Assembly (NCBI RefSeq): GCF_009914755.1 | Contig: NC_060927.1 | From: the human T2T-CHM13v2.0 reference genome, Homo sapiens | Length of the DNA stretch: 64,000 nt | Reading direction: 5' to 3' (one strand) | Shown: in pieces, positions 29,688-41,195 of the stretch | How the letters are laid out: each line of letters begins with the position of its first letter | How positions within the stretch are numbered: the stretch's first letter is position 1 | Notes under the pieces: model-generated | What the model saw: only the letters and a program-made list of their open reading frames with translations | The model's database searches: none | Told to the model about the DNA's origin: nothing | Made by a program: the position numbers and the translations under genes

Positions 29688-29907
29688 AAATATAATATAA
29701 ATAATATAATTATATATTATATATTATAAATAATATAATTATATATTATATATAATAAATATATAATTATATATATTTATAATATATAATTATATATGTA
29801 TTATATATTATATAATATATAAATATATATATAATTATATATTATATAATATATAAATATATATATAATTATATATTGTATAATATATAATTATATATAT
29901 TTATATA
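29688..29907. repeat. About 220-bp nearly pure A/T interrupted (TA)n tract
   Basis: Only two G and no C in the tract; reiterated taatatataattatatat units. Confidence 0.95.
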
Positions 29908-29989
29908 CTGCAACAAAATTATGCTCATTTCAAATTTGATAGACGATTCCTAATATGCCTTCTTGTGTGTTCCAACAATTTACTTGCCT

Positions 29990-30441
29990 TTATTTTTTAA
30001 GACAGGTTCTCGCGGGCTGGAGTGAAGTGGCACAATCATATCTCACTACAGCCTCAAACTCCTGGGCTCAGTTGATCTTCCTGAGTTGCCTCCCGAGTTG
30101 CTGGTACTACTGGTGCATGCCACCACACCTGGATAATTTATTTTTTAATCTTTTGTGGAGACTATATCTTACTCTGTTGCCCAGGCTGGAGTGCAGTGGC
30201 ACAATCATGGCCTACTGCAAACTTGAACTTCTGGGCTCCAGTGATCCTCCTGCCTCAGCCTCCTGAATAGTTGGGACTATAGGCAAGCATCACCATACCC
30301 AGTTGATTTCCTCTTACTTTTTGCGAATACAGGCTCTCACTATTCTGGACAGGCCAGTCTCAAACTCCTGGGCTCAAGCAATCCTCCCACTTTGGCCTCT
30401 CAGATTGTTGGGATTACAAGCATAAGCCTCTGCACCTAGCC
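29990..30441 (-). mobile_element. Adjacent old Alus (monomer fragment plus AluJ)
   Basis: ctcctgggctca diagnostics; monomer about 29990-30138, dimer about 30140-30441. Confidence 0.85.
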
Positions 30442-31399
30442 TGCATTCTCACTTTTTAAAAAACAAGAGAGTATCTACTTCCACATTAAATTACATAGTG
30501 TAGATTATAAATCTTTTTGATCTTCATACTGACAAATGAAGAAATAAAATCTCAAAATTTTGATATGCATGTTTATAAATTATGCTCTGCATCCTTCTAT
30601 CTGAGAACTACTTGAATTTACTTTTCTCTGCACTGTGGAACCATATCCTTTCTATGTTTTTAAGTAGTTTGTTGTTATTTTTATAATATCGCAGTCCCTT
30701 AACTCTGGTAAATTTTACAAATACCCCTAATATTCCTCATGTTTTTACTTAAATTTCAGCTTTATTTATAAAATAAAATTTTGCCTGAGAGAAAGTATTA
30801 AGTTTTGTGCTTCAATTTATGGTTTCTGGGCAGAAAAGAGTCTTCATATCTAGAAACAATATACTATTCATACAGAACATAACTACATGTAAATTTGTAT
30901 AAGCACACAGCTTCATGTCTTCTTTTGTACTTTTTTGACTTCCAATTTTTACATTTTAAATACTTAATTTAACAGGAATGTTGGTATAAAGCAGAAATAT
31001 TTTTCCTGTTGCTATGTAATGTCATACTTATTATAAGTCTTAGACACTTAGAATTTTCAAATTTTCTTCTTCATTCAGAATTAGACATTTTCCAAATTTT
31101 ATATCCCAATATAGTCTCAGTTCCTCAATACGTTTTTGAGATAATTATATAAGATAGTCTAAAAATGACCTTCAAAATTAGAAATAAAATCAGCTTTAAA
31201 AAAATAATAAAACATACACACTCTAATTCTAATTAAAAAATGGATATTTAAAATACAGCAGCTAAGAATAAATGAATATGTGATAGGTTCACATGGTTTT
31301 AAAAGTCTCGGTTTTAAGATAAAATTTAATTGTAGACTAGGAAAGGGCGTAAGATAATGCTTGCTTTTGAAAACTAGAGATTCAAAGTTGGTGGCAGTA

Positions 31400-31550
31400 A
31401 AATGTACAATTGGTTTCAAGACAGAAGTTTTATTCCTACTAACTACGTGACCTGTGTTTTAACCTCCGAACCTCACTTTGCTCATCCGTAAAATAGAGAC
31501 TAATTTAAAAAAAAAAATCATCCTACTTCAGAAGGTTACTATTAAGTACC
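31400..31550 (+). mobile_element. MIR
   Basis: aactacgtgacc...ttaacctccgaacctcactttgctcatccgtaaaatagag. Confidence 0.65.
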
Positions 31551-32237
31551 CAAACCTTTTAAGCAGTTTTGTCCATCATGGCCTATTTTAAAAGAAGTTA
31601 TGTTAATCTGAGACAGTCCAAAATAAACAGAGAGAAATATCTGAGATGAATTTGCCAAGCAGAGGCCAAAAATGGACCTCTAAAAAGCACATTATCTTTC
31701 AAAAGTATGCATTTAATATCACGATCTTGAACATATGGCAAACTCCCCTCTCTTTAAACAGTTTTCACTTTCCTCTAGCCACCTCTCTTCTGTCCATCAA
31801 AGTCTGCCCTCCTGAGTACATACTTCAATGTCATTTTTCCTCTATGTTACACTTCTCAGTGATGGGCTGGTGAACTATCGTGTACCAAAGCTCATGAATT
31901 TCCCTACAGAACAGTAACTAAAGAACAAAAACCTGATACTCTCTTTTTACCATTTACTATCTTGAATACTTATTATAAATCAGAAATACTTTTCAGGTTC
32001 TGCCAGGCAGACAATAATAGGCACTAGGGAAGTAATATATGCCTGAGGTAGATAAATGATAGGTATATTTCCCTCACTCATTTGGCTTTTGGTAAGTAAC
32101 ACAAAATACAGCTAGCTACTAAGCAGTATAACAGTAGTTGTAGTAAAGGCAGGGTGTTTCAGTAGCTTATGTAAAGTCCTAGAAGATTAGAAAAACATTG
32201 GGCATGAAACCATATATATGTTTTTTCTAATCTTTTT

Positions 32238-32286
32238 TTAAATTTTTTAATTTTATTATTATTATACTTAGCAAACTATCGCAAGG
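32238..32286 (-). mobile_element. Tiny 5'-inverted (twin-primed) L1PA insertion
   Basis: TSD tctaatcttttt at 32226-32237 and 32287-32298, enclosing the reverse-complement L1 tail (ttttattattattatactt) plus an opposite-orientation L1 17-mer agcaaactatcgcaagg. Confidence 0.8.
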
Positions 32287-32299
32287 TCTAATCTTTTTA

Positions 32300-32449
<150 letters not shown>

Positions 32450-32619
32450 TAGTGAATAACTACTCAGAATTACCCCTCCAAGAAAGAACAGAAGCGGTGG
32501 TGAAAATGTGGGGAAATGCATGTGCCAAGTGTAGAAAAGAATATAAGTAAAGACCTAAAAATAATTAGAATGTCTTAAAATCAAACTAAATAAAATTGTC
32601 TTAAAAATAATGATTTTAA

Positions 32620-33430
32620 TTTTAGAAGCATAATTTCAGTTTATTAGAAAATGTCTGTGTATACAGTAGGCGTGGCAGATAGGGAGACAATTTTTGAGGC
32701 TTTTTTGGTATAACCAAGAGGATATTTTGAACTTAGCTTGTGACAGTAAAATGAAGAGAAAGAAACAACCTTTTAAGTTTTCACAAAGTTAGACTATAGG
32801 AATTGGTCTTTTTAAAATTTTATTTATTTATTTATTTATTTAGTTAGGCTGTGACAAAAAATGCAATGAAATATCTTCAGGTTTCTGGCTTGAGATATGG
32901 AATATACAAGTGGAGGATGATTTTAGAGAGGTTCTGGTGAGTAGAGTTTGGAATATTTGAAAAACAGTTGAGTAAAGCTTCTCAGTGTAGCAATTTGAGT
33001 CAATAGCATTTAGATGGTAGCCATTAGAATGCAGGGCATAGTTCAGATAGAAGTTATATGATGGAAAGGAAAAAGGAAAAACAAATCAAAACAAAACACT
33101 GAGTAATACTTACATTTTACAAAAAGGCAGGAAAATAGAAAGGCCATCAGTAGAGAATGAAAAATAGAGACTAAAATGTTGGACAATAGTGTTATAAATA
33201 TCAATGGCAAAAATGTGTCTCAAACAAATAAAGGCTAACTTGCCCAACTACTGTTAAGACATGAAGAACAGTGATGAATGACAAATATATTTTGGATTAA
33301 ACATTACTAAGATCAGCTTCTGTGGTACAATAAGGACAGCAGCCAGAATGAGATCAAGGTAAGTAATGCAGGAGGGAAAGTCAAGAAACCTCATAATAAG
33401 AAGCCATTGAGAAGTCAGGCTACATTTGGA
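32620..33430 (-). mobile_element. L2 fragment
   Basis: caggtttctggcttgag, gtagagtttggaatattt, cagccagaatg motifs. Confidence 0.6.
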
Positions 33431-33433
33431 AGG

Positions 33434-34033
33434 TGTGAAAATAAGTAATTCAAAATCTAAGCTGTTGAAACTGTAAAATATTTTTGAGTTTCAAGGGCAT
33501 GTGATTATGAGAAGTGAGTCCCATGACAGCAGCTGTAATCTAGGTAGCTAAGAGCTTTGTTTCTCTAACTAGATTCACCTTCTTCCTTACTTATATTGTT
33601 TTGTAAAATGTTGTAAATAACTAAAGGGCACCAAGGAAGACCCCTTTTCTCTTCACTGTTGACCTTCGTTGTAGATTAACTTTCCTCTTAACATTCTCAT
33701 ATGGTCGAAAATGGAATGTTAAGTACACTCTTTTAAGTTGGAAAGGAAATTAAAACAAACTGTCAACAAAAGAAAATCAGCTGTATGAAAAAGAAAACAA
33801 GCTGTAACTAATTAAATTATTGTAACTCATAAACAAGCCTTGTATAGAAAATACTACAATCCTACTAAGTTGTTTTGTTTTCTGCCTATATAAGCAAGAC
33901 CTTAACTTTTAACTTTGGAGTACTGACCCCATTTCTCTTGAGTTCATATTTATCAGATAGCTATTCACAGTTTTTCAGTTGAATAAACTTTTTAAAACTG
34001 GATTCTGATCCTTTCTGTTATTTCAGGTTGACA
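33434..34033 (+). mobile_element. Solo ERV1 LTR (LTR24-like), 600 bp
   Basis: TGTGAAAATAAG...GGTTGACA termini, TATA (cctatataag) and AATAAA in the expected order. Confidence 0.75.
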
Positions 34034-34121
34034 AGGATGACAAAGAAAGCTGGAAATGTAGATGGCTATAGTCAGAATAAAATGCCTCAATTGATCTTAG
34101 TAATCTCAAAAATAAAAGTTA

Positions 34122-34471
34122 AAATTGGAAATCATCATTCTCAGTAAACTATCGCAAGAACAAAAAACCAAACACCGCATATTCTCACTCATAGGTGGGA
34201 ATTGAACAATGAGATCACATGGACACAGGAAGGGGAATATCACACTCTGGGGACTGTGGTGGGGTGGGGGGAGGGGGGAGGGATAGCATTGGGAGATAAA
34301 CCTAATGCTAGATGACGAGTTAGTGGGTGCAGAGCACCAGCATGGCACATGTATACATATGTAACTAACCTGCACAATGTGCACATGTACCCTAAAACTT
34401 AAAGTATAATAATAAAAAAAAAAAAAAGGAAAAAAAAAAAGTCTTCTGGTATTCAAAAAAAAAAAAAAAAA
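34122..34471 (+). mobile_element. Young 5'-truncated L1 (L1PA2 / non-Ta L1Hs-like) with two poly(A) tracts
   Basis: Very close to the recalled L1Hs 3'UTR (gagatcacatgg, aatatcacactctggggactgtggtgg) but with GAG rather than ACA/ACG at the Ta-diagnostic site; imperfect TSD (ttaaaat). Confidence 0.95.
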
Positions 34472-34724
34472 TTAAAATATATTTTAAAATTATACCATAG
34501 TGCAGAGTACATGTATTTTACAACATGAGTCACAAACACAAATATTTAAGGTTGCTGGTCAATTTACTTTAATATGGGAATTTTTGCTTTTTAAAGACAA
34601 GTTGGAGAGCCTGTAGGACCTAGCAGGGAAGTTGACTTCCTTGCCTGAGTAGTTAAGAAAAAGATAAAATGCAAACCTTCCGATTCAATTTTTCTCAGAA
34701 GAGATTCCTTACATTAACAGTTAT

Positions 34725-35132
34725 TGTCAGGCCTCTGAGCCCAAGCTAAGCCATCATATCCCCTGTGACCTGCACGTACACAACCAGAGGGCCAGTTCCT
34801 GCCTTAACTGATGACATTCCATCACAAAAGAAATGAAAATGGCCATTCCTGACTTAACTGATGACATTATCTTGTGAAATTCCTTCTCCTGGCTCATCCT
34901 GGCTCAAAAGCTCCCCTACTGAGTACCTTGTGACCCCCACTCCTGCCCACCAGAGAACCCCCGTTTGACTGTAATTTTCCTTTACCTACCCAAATCTTAT
35001 AAAATGGCCCCACCCCTATCTCCTTTCACTGACTCTTTTTGGACTCAGCCCACCTGCACCCAGGTGAAATAAACAGCCTTGTTGCTCACACAAAGCCTGT
35101 TTGGTGGTCTCTTCACACAGACGCACATGAAA
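34725..35132 (+). promoter_or_regulatory. HERV-H 5' LTR (LTR7)
   Basis: TGTCAGGCCTCTGAGCCCAAG...CATGAAA; duplicated cttaactgatgacatt block, ACAAAAGA (34824-34831), TATAAAA (34998-35004) and a GGCCCCACCCC KLF/SP box. Confidence 0.97.
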
Positions 35133-35134
35133 TT

Positions 35135-35152
35135 TGGTGCCATGACTCAGAT
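35135..35152 (+). other. tRNA-His primer binding site
   Basis: TGGTGCCATGACTCAGAT versus canonical TGGTGCCGTGACTCGGAT (two CpG transitions). Confidence 0.93.
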
Positions 35153-35275
35153 CAGGGAGTCTCCCTTGGGAGATCAATTCCCTGTCCTCCTGCTCTTTGC
35201 TCCCTGAAAAAGATCCACCTACAACCTCAGGTCCTCAGACCCACCAGCCCAAGGAACATCTCACCAATTTTAAAT

Positions 35276-35284
35276 CAGGTAAGC
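35276..35284 (+). promoter_or_regulatory. HERV-H major splice donor
   Basis: CAG|GTAAGC about 145 nt downstream of the 5' LTR, the usual position. Confidence 0.8.
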
Positions 35285-35682
35285 GGTCTCTTCTTACTCT
35301 CTTCTCCAACCTCTCTCACTATCCCTCAACCACCTTCTCCTTTCAATCTTGGTGCCACCCTTCAATCTCTCCCTTCTCTTAATTTCAATTCCTTTCATTT
35401 TCTGGTAAAGAAAAAGAAGACATGCTTTATCTGTGGACCCAAAACTCCGGCGCCGGTCACGGACTCAGGAAGGCAGCCTTCCCTTGGTGTTTAATCATTG
35501 CAAGGATGCCTCTCTGATTATTCACCCATGTTTCAGAGGTGTCTGACCATGCAAGGACACCTGCCTTGCTCCTTCACCCTTAGTGGCAAGTCCCGCTTTT
35601 CTAGAGGAGGGGCAAGAACCCCAACTCCTTCTCTCTGTGTCTCTACCCCTTCTCTGCTTTTCTAGGGGGCAAGAATCCCCCA

Positions 35683-35920
35683 ATCCCTTATTTCCGCACC
35701 CCGACCCCTTATCTGTGCACCTCGATCCCTTATTTCTGGACGCCGACCCCTTATTTCTGCACCCGGATCCTTTATTTCTGCACCCCAACCTCTTATCTCT
35801 GGGCCCTGATCCCTTATTTCCACGCCCCAACCTCTTATCTCTGTGCTCCATCCCTTATTTCCATGCCCCGACATCTTATCTCTGCACCCTGATCCCTTAT
35901 TTCCACGCCCCGACCCCTTT
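35683..35920 (+). repeat. About 20-21-bp tandem repeat in the HERV-H leader
   Basis: Roughly 11 units of cc(c/t)ttat(t/c)tc(c/t)gcacccc(g/a)a. Confidence 0.9.
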
Positions 35921-36049
35921 CCTGCTTTTCTAGAAAGTAAGAACCCCTCAAACCCTTCCCTCCATGTCTCTACTCTCTCTTTTCTCTAGGCTTGCCTCTT
36001 TCACTGTAGGCAAACTTCCACCCTCCATCCCTCCTTCTTCTCCCTTAGC

Positions 36050-37250
36050 CTGTGTTCTCAAGAACTTAAAACCTCTTCAACTCACACCTGACCTAAAACC
36101 TAAATGCCTTATCTTCTTCTGCAACACCGCTTGGCCCCAATACAAACTTGACAATGACTCTAAATGGCCAGAAAATGGCACTTTCAATTTTTCCATCCTA
36201 CAAGATCTAAATAATTCTTGTCATAAAATAGGCAAACAGTCTGAGATGCCTGATGTCCAAGCATTCTTTTACACATTAGTCCCTCCCTAGTCTCTGTTCC
36301 CAGTGGAACTCGTCCCAAATCTTCCTTCTTTCCTTCCCGCCTGTCCCGTCAGTCCCAACCCCAAGTGTCACCGAGTCTTTCTAATCTTCCTTTTCTACAG
36401 ACCCATCTGACCTCTCCCCTCCTCGCCAGGCCAAGCTAGGTCCCAATTCTTCCTCAGCCTCTGCTCCTCCACCCTATAATCCTTTTATCACCTCCCCTCC
36501 TCACACCCAGTCTGGCTTACAGTTTCGTTCCATGACTAGCCCTCCCCCACCTGCCCAGCAATTTCCTCTTAAAAAGGTGGCTAGAGCTAAAGGCATAGTC
36601 AAGGTTAATGCTCCTTTTTCTTTATCCCAAATCAGAGAGCGTTTAGGCTCTTTTTCATCAAATATGAAAAACCCAACCCAGTTCATGGCCCATTTGACAG
36701 CAACCCTGAGATACTTTACAGCCCTAGACCCTAAAAGGTCAAAAGGCCGTCTTATTCTCAATATACATTTTATTACCCAATCCGCTCCAGACTTTAAATA
36801 AAGCTCCAAAAATTAAATTCCTGCCCTCAAACCCCATAACAGGACTTAATTAACCTCGCCTTCAAGGTGTACAATAATAGAAAAAAGTTGCAATTCCTTG
36901 CCTCCACTGTCAGACAAACCCCAGCCAAATCTCCAGGACACAAGAACTTCCAAACGCCTGAACTGCAGCAGCCAGGCATTCCTCCAGAACCTCCTCCCCC
37001 AGGAGCTTGCTACAAGTGTCAGAAATCTGGCCACCAGGCCAAGGAATGCCCACAGCACGGGATTCCTCCTAAGCCACGTCCCATCTGTGCAGGACCCCAC
37101 TGAAAATCAGACTGTTCAACTCACCTGGCAGCCACTCCCAGAGCCCCTGGAACTCTGGCCCAAGGCTCTCTGACTGACTCCTTCCCAGATCGTCTCAGCT
37201 TAGCAGCTGAAGACTGACACTGCCTGATTGCCTCGGAAGCCCCCTAGACA
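36050..37250 (+). pseudogene. gag: HERV-H gag remnant
   Basis: FFCNTAWPQYKL...KWPENGT (MA region) and CCHC knuckle CYKCQKSGHQAKEC; second knuckle broken (RPICAGPH*); stops, frameshifts and deletions. Confidence 0.9.
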
Positions 37251-37283
37251 ATCACGGACGCCGAGCTTTAAGTAACTCTCACA

Positions 37284-37643
37284 GTGGAAGGTAAGTCCGT
37301 CCCCTTCTTAATCAATACGGAGGCTACCCACTCCACATTACCTTCTTTTCAAGGGCCTGTTTCCCTTGCCTCCATAACTGTTGTAGGTATTGACAGCCAG
37401 GCTTCTAAACCTCTTAAAACTCCCCAATTCTGGTTCCAACTTAGACAACACTCTTTTAAGCACTCCTTTTTAGTTATCCCCACCTGCCCAGTTCCCTTAT
37501 TAGGCCGAGACACTTTAACTATATTATCTTCTTCCCTGACTATTCCTGGGCTACAGCCACGCCTCATTGCTGCCTTTTCCCCCAGTTCAAAGCCTCCTTC
37601 ACATCCTCCCCTTGTATCTCCCCACCTTAACCCACAAGTATAA
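37284..37643 (+). pseudogene. pro: HERV-H protease remnant (catalytic DTG reads NTE)
   Basis: FLINTEATHS...PTCPVPLLGRD motifs. Confidence 0.9.
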
Positions 37644-37664
37644 GACACCTCTATTCCCTCCTTA

Positions 37665-40180
37665 GTGACCGATCATCCACCCCTTACCATCCCATTAAAA
37701 TCTAATCACTCTTACCCTGCTCAATGCCAATATCCCATCCCACAGAACTCTTTAAAAGGATTAAAGTCTGTTATCACTTGCCTGTTCCAGCGTGGCCTTT
37801 TAAAGCCTATAAACTCCCCTAACAATTCCCCCATTTTACCTGTCCTAAAACCAGACAAGCCTTGCAGGTTAGTTCAGGATCTGAGACTTATCAACCAAAT
37901 TGTTTTGCCTACCTGGCCTGTAGTGCCAAGCCCATATACTCTCCTATCCTCAATACCTCCCTCCACATTATTCATTTCACAACCCATTATTCTGTTCTGG
38001 ATCTCAAACATGCTTTCTTTACTATCCCTTTGCACCCTTCATCCCAGCCTCTCTTCACTTTCACTTATACTGACCCTGACACCCATCAGGCTCAGCAAAT
38101 TACCTGGGCTGTACAGCCACAAGGCTTCACAGATAGCCCCCATTACTTCAGTCAAGACCAAATTTCATCCTCATCTGTTACCTATCTCGGCATAATTCTC
38201 ATAAAAACACACGTGCTCTCCCTGCTGATCGTGTCTGACTAATCTCCCAAACCTCAATCCCTTCTACAAAACAACAACTCTTTTCCTTCCTAGATATCTG
38301 GTTTTGCCATCCTAACAAAACCATTATAAAAACTCACAAAAGGAAACCTAGCTGACCCCATAGATCCTAAATCCTTTCCTCACTCCTCTTTCCATTCCTT
38401 GAAGACAGCTTTAGAGACTACCCCGACCCTAACTCTCCCTGACTCATCCGAACCCTTTTCATTACACACAGCCGAAGTGCAGGGCTGTGTGTCAGAATTC
38501 TTACACAAGGACCAGGACTGCACTCTGCAGCCTTTTAACCAAAAAACTTGACCTTACTGTTTTGCCGAGCCCTCAAGTCTGCGTGTGGTGGCTGCCACTG
38601 CCCTAATACTTTTAGAGGCCCTTAAAATCACAAACTGTGCTCCACTCACTCTCTACAGTTCTCATAACTTCCAAAACCTATTTTCTTCCTCACACCTGAC
38701 ACATATACTTTCTGCTCCCTGGCTCCTTCAGCTGTACTCACTCTTTGTTGAGTTTCCCACAATTACCATTGTTCCTGGCCAAGACTTCAGTCCGGCCTCC
38801 CACATTATTCCTGATATCACACCTGACCCCCATGACTGTATCTATGTGATCCACCTGACATTCACTCCATTTCCCCATATTCTTTCATGTTCCTCACCCT
38901 GAACACACTTATTTTATTGATGGCAAGTTCCACCAGGCCTAATCGCCACTCACCAGGAAAGGCAGGCTATGCTATAGTATCTTCCACATCTATCATTGAG
39001 GCTACTGCTCTGCCCCACTCCACTACCTCTCAGCAAGCCGAACTCATTGCCTTAAGTCAAGCCCTCAATCTTGCCAAAGGACTAAACATCAATATTTATA
39101 CTGACTCTAAATATGCCTTCCATGTCCTGCACCACCATGCAAGAAGTTTCCTCACTACACAAGGGTCCTCTATCATTAATTCTTCTTTAATAAAAACGCT
39201 TCTCAAAGCTGCTTTACTTCCAAAGGAAGCTGGAGTCATTCACTGCAAAGGCCATCAAAGGGCATCAGATCCCATTGCTCAGAAAAATGCTTATGCTGAT
39301 AAGATAGCTAAAAAAGCAGCTAGCATTCCAACTTATATCCCTCACTTTCAGTTTTTCTCCTTCTCATCTGGCCACTCCCACCTACTCCCCCGCTGAAACT
39401 TCCACCTATCAATCTCTTCCCACACAAGGCAAATGGTTCTTAGATCAAGGAAAATAAATCCTTCTAGCCTCACAGGCCCATTCTATTCTGTCGTCATTTC
39501 ATAATCTCTTCCATGTAAGTTACAAGCCACTAGCCAGTCTCTTAGAACCTCTCATTTCCTTTCCATCATGGAAATCTATCCTCAAGGAGATCACTTCTCA
39601 GTGTTCCATCTGCTGTTCTACCACCCCTCAGGGATTGTTCAGGCCTCCTCCCTTTCCCACACATCAAGCTCAGGGATTTGCCCCTGCCCAGGACTGGCAA
39701 ATTGACTTTACTCACATGCCCTGAGTCAGAAAACTAAAATACCTCTTAGTCTAGATAGACACTTTCACTGGATAGGTAGAGGCCTTTCCTACAGAGTCTG
39801 AGAAGTCCACCGCAGTCATTTCTTCCCTTCTGTCAGACATAATTACTCAGTTTGGCCTTCCCACCTCTATGTAGTCTGATAGTGAACCAGCCTTTATTAA
39901 TCAAATCAGCCAAGCAGTTGTTCAGGCTCTTGGTATTCAGTGAAACCTTTACATCCCTTACAGTCCTCAGTCTTCATGCAAAGTAGAACGGACTAAAGGT
40001 CTTTTAAAAACACACCTCACCAAGCTCAGCCACCAACTTAAAAAGGAATGGACAATACTTTTACCACTTTCCCTTCTCAGAATTTAGGCCTGTCCTCAGA
40101 ATGCTACAAAGTACAGCGCATTTGAGCTCCTGTATAGATGCTCCTTTTTATTAGGCCCCAGTCTCATCCCAGACACCAGA
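37665..40180 (+). pseudogene. pol: HERV-H pol remnant (RT, RNase H, integrase)
   Basis: RLVQDLR, LDLKHAFF, PQGFTDSP with the YxDD segment deleted; RNase H QQAELIAL/YTDSKY/HCKGH; integrase WQIDFTHMP; multiple stops. Confidence 0.92.
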
Positions 40181-40776
40181 CCAACTTAGACTGTGCCCCA
40201 AAAAACTTATCATCCCTACTATTTTCTGTCCAGTCATACTCCTATCCACCGTTCTCAACTACTCATAAATGCCCTGCTCTTGTTTACACTGCAGATTAAC
40301 ACTGTTTCTCCAAGCTATCACAGCTGATATCTCCTGGTGCTATCCCCAAACCGCCACTCTTAACTCTTAAAGTAAATAAATAATGTGTGCTGGTAGGACT
40401 ATGCTGAATCTCCTTAGGCACTCTCTAATTAGATGTCCTGGGTCCTCCCAATTCTTAGACCTTTAATACCTGTTTTTCTCCTTCTCTTATTCCGTTTAGT
40501 TTTTCAATTCATACAAAACCATATCCAGGCCATCACTAATAATTCTACACGAAAAATGTTTCTTCTAACAACCCCACAATATCACCCCTTACCACAGAAT
40601 CTTCCTTCAGTTTAATCTCTTCCACTCTAGGTTCCCATGCCACCCCGAATCCCGCTTGAAGCAGCCCTGAGAAACATCGCCCATTATCTCTCCATACCAT
40701 CCCCCAAAATTTTTGCCGTCCCAACACTTTACCACTATTTCATTTTATTTTTCTTATTAATATAAGAAGACAGGAA

Positions 40777-41190
40777 TGCCAGGCCTCTGAGCCCAAGCTA
40801 AGCCATCATATCCCCTATGACCTGCACGTACACATCCAGATGGCTGGTTCCTGCCTTAACTGATGACATTCCACCACAAAAGAAATGAAAATGGCCTGTT
40901 CCTGCCTTAACTGATGACATTATCTTGTGAAATTCCTTCTCCTGGCTCATCCTGGCTCAAAAGCTCCCCTACTGAGGACCTTGTGACCCCCACTCCTGCC
41001 CTCCAGAGAACAACCCCCCTTTGACTGTAATTTTCCTTTACCTACCCAAATCTTATAAAATGGCCCCACCCCTACCTCCCTTCGCTGACTCTCTTTTCGG
41101 ACTCAGCCCGCCTGCACCCAGGTGAAATAAACAGCCTTGCTGCTCACACAAAGCCTGTTTGGTGGTATCTTCACACGGACGCAAATGAAA
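40777..41190 (+). promoter_or_regulatory. HERV-H 3' LTR (LTR7) with poly(A) signal
   Basis: Preceded by polypurine tract aagaagacaggaa; AATAAA at 41126-41131; about 95% identical to the 5' LTR. Confidence 0.97.
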
Positions 41191-41195
41191 GTTAT

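Larger units (their letters stand above)
34725..41190 (+). mobile_element. HERV-H provirus, two LTRs, about 6.47 kb, common deleted (RTVL-H2-like) form
   Basis: Perfect 5-bp TSD GTTAT (34720-34724 / 41191-41195), paired LTR7, His PBS, gag-pro-pol remnants and polypurine tract. Confidence 0.98.

Noticed and set aside
34257-34283. G-quadruplex-forming run
   Set aside because: Standard G-rich tract of the young L1 3'UTR.
35522-35933. Overlapping 70-116 aa ORFs with repetitive peptides
   Set aside because: By-products of the HERV-H leader tandem repeat; no coding signature.
37665-39396. Longest ORFs (RT and RNase H pieces) as functional genes
   Set aside because: Frameshifted, YxDD deleted and protease catalytic Asp absent; standard defective HERV-H.
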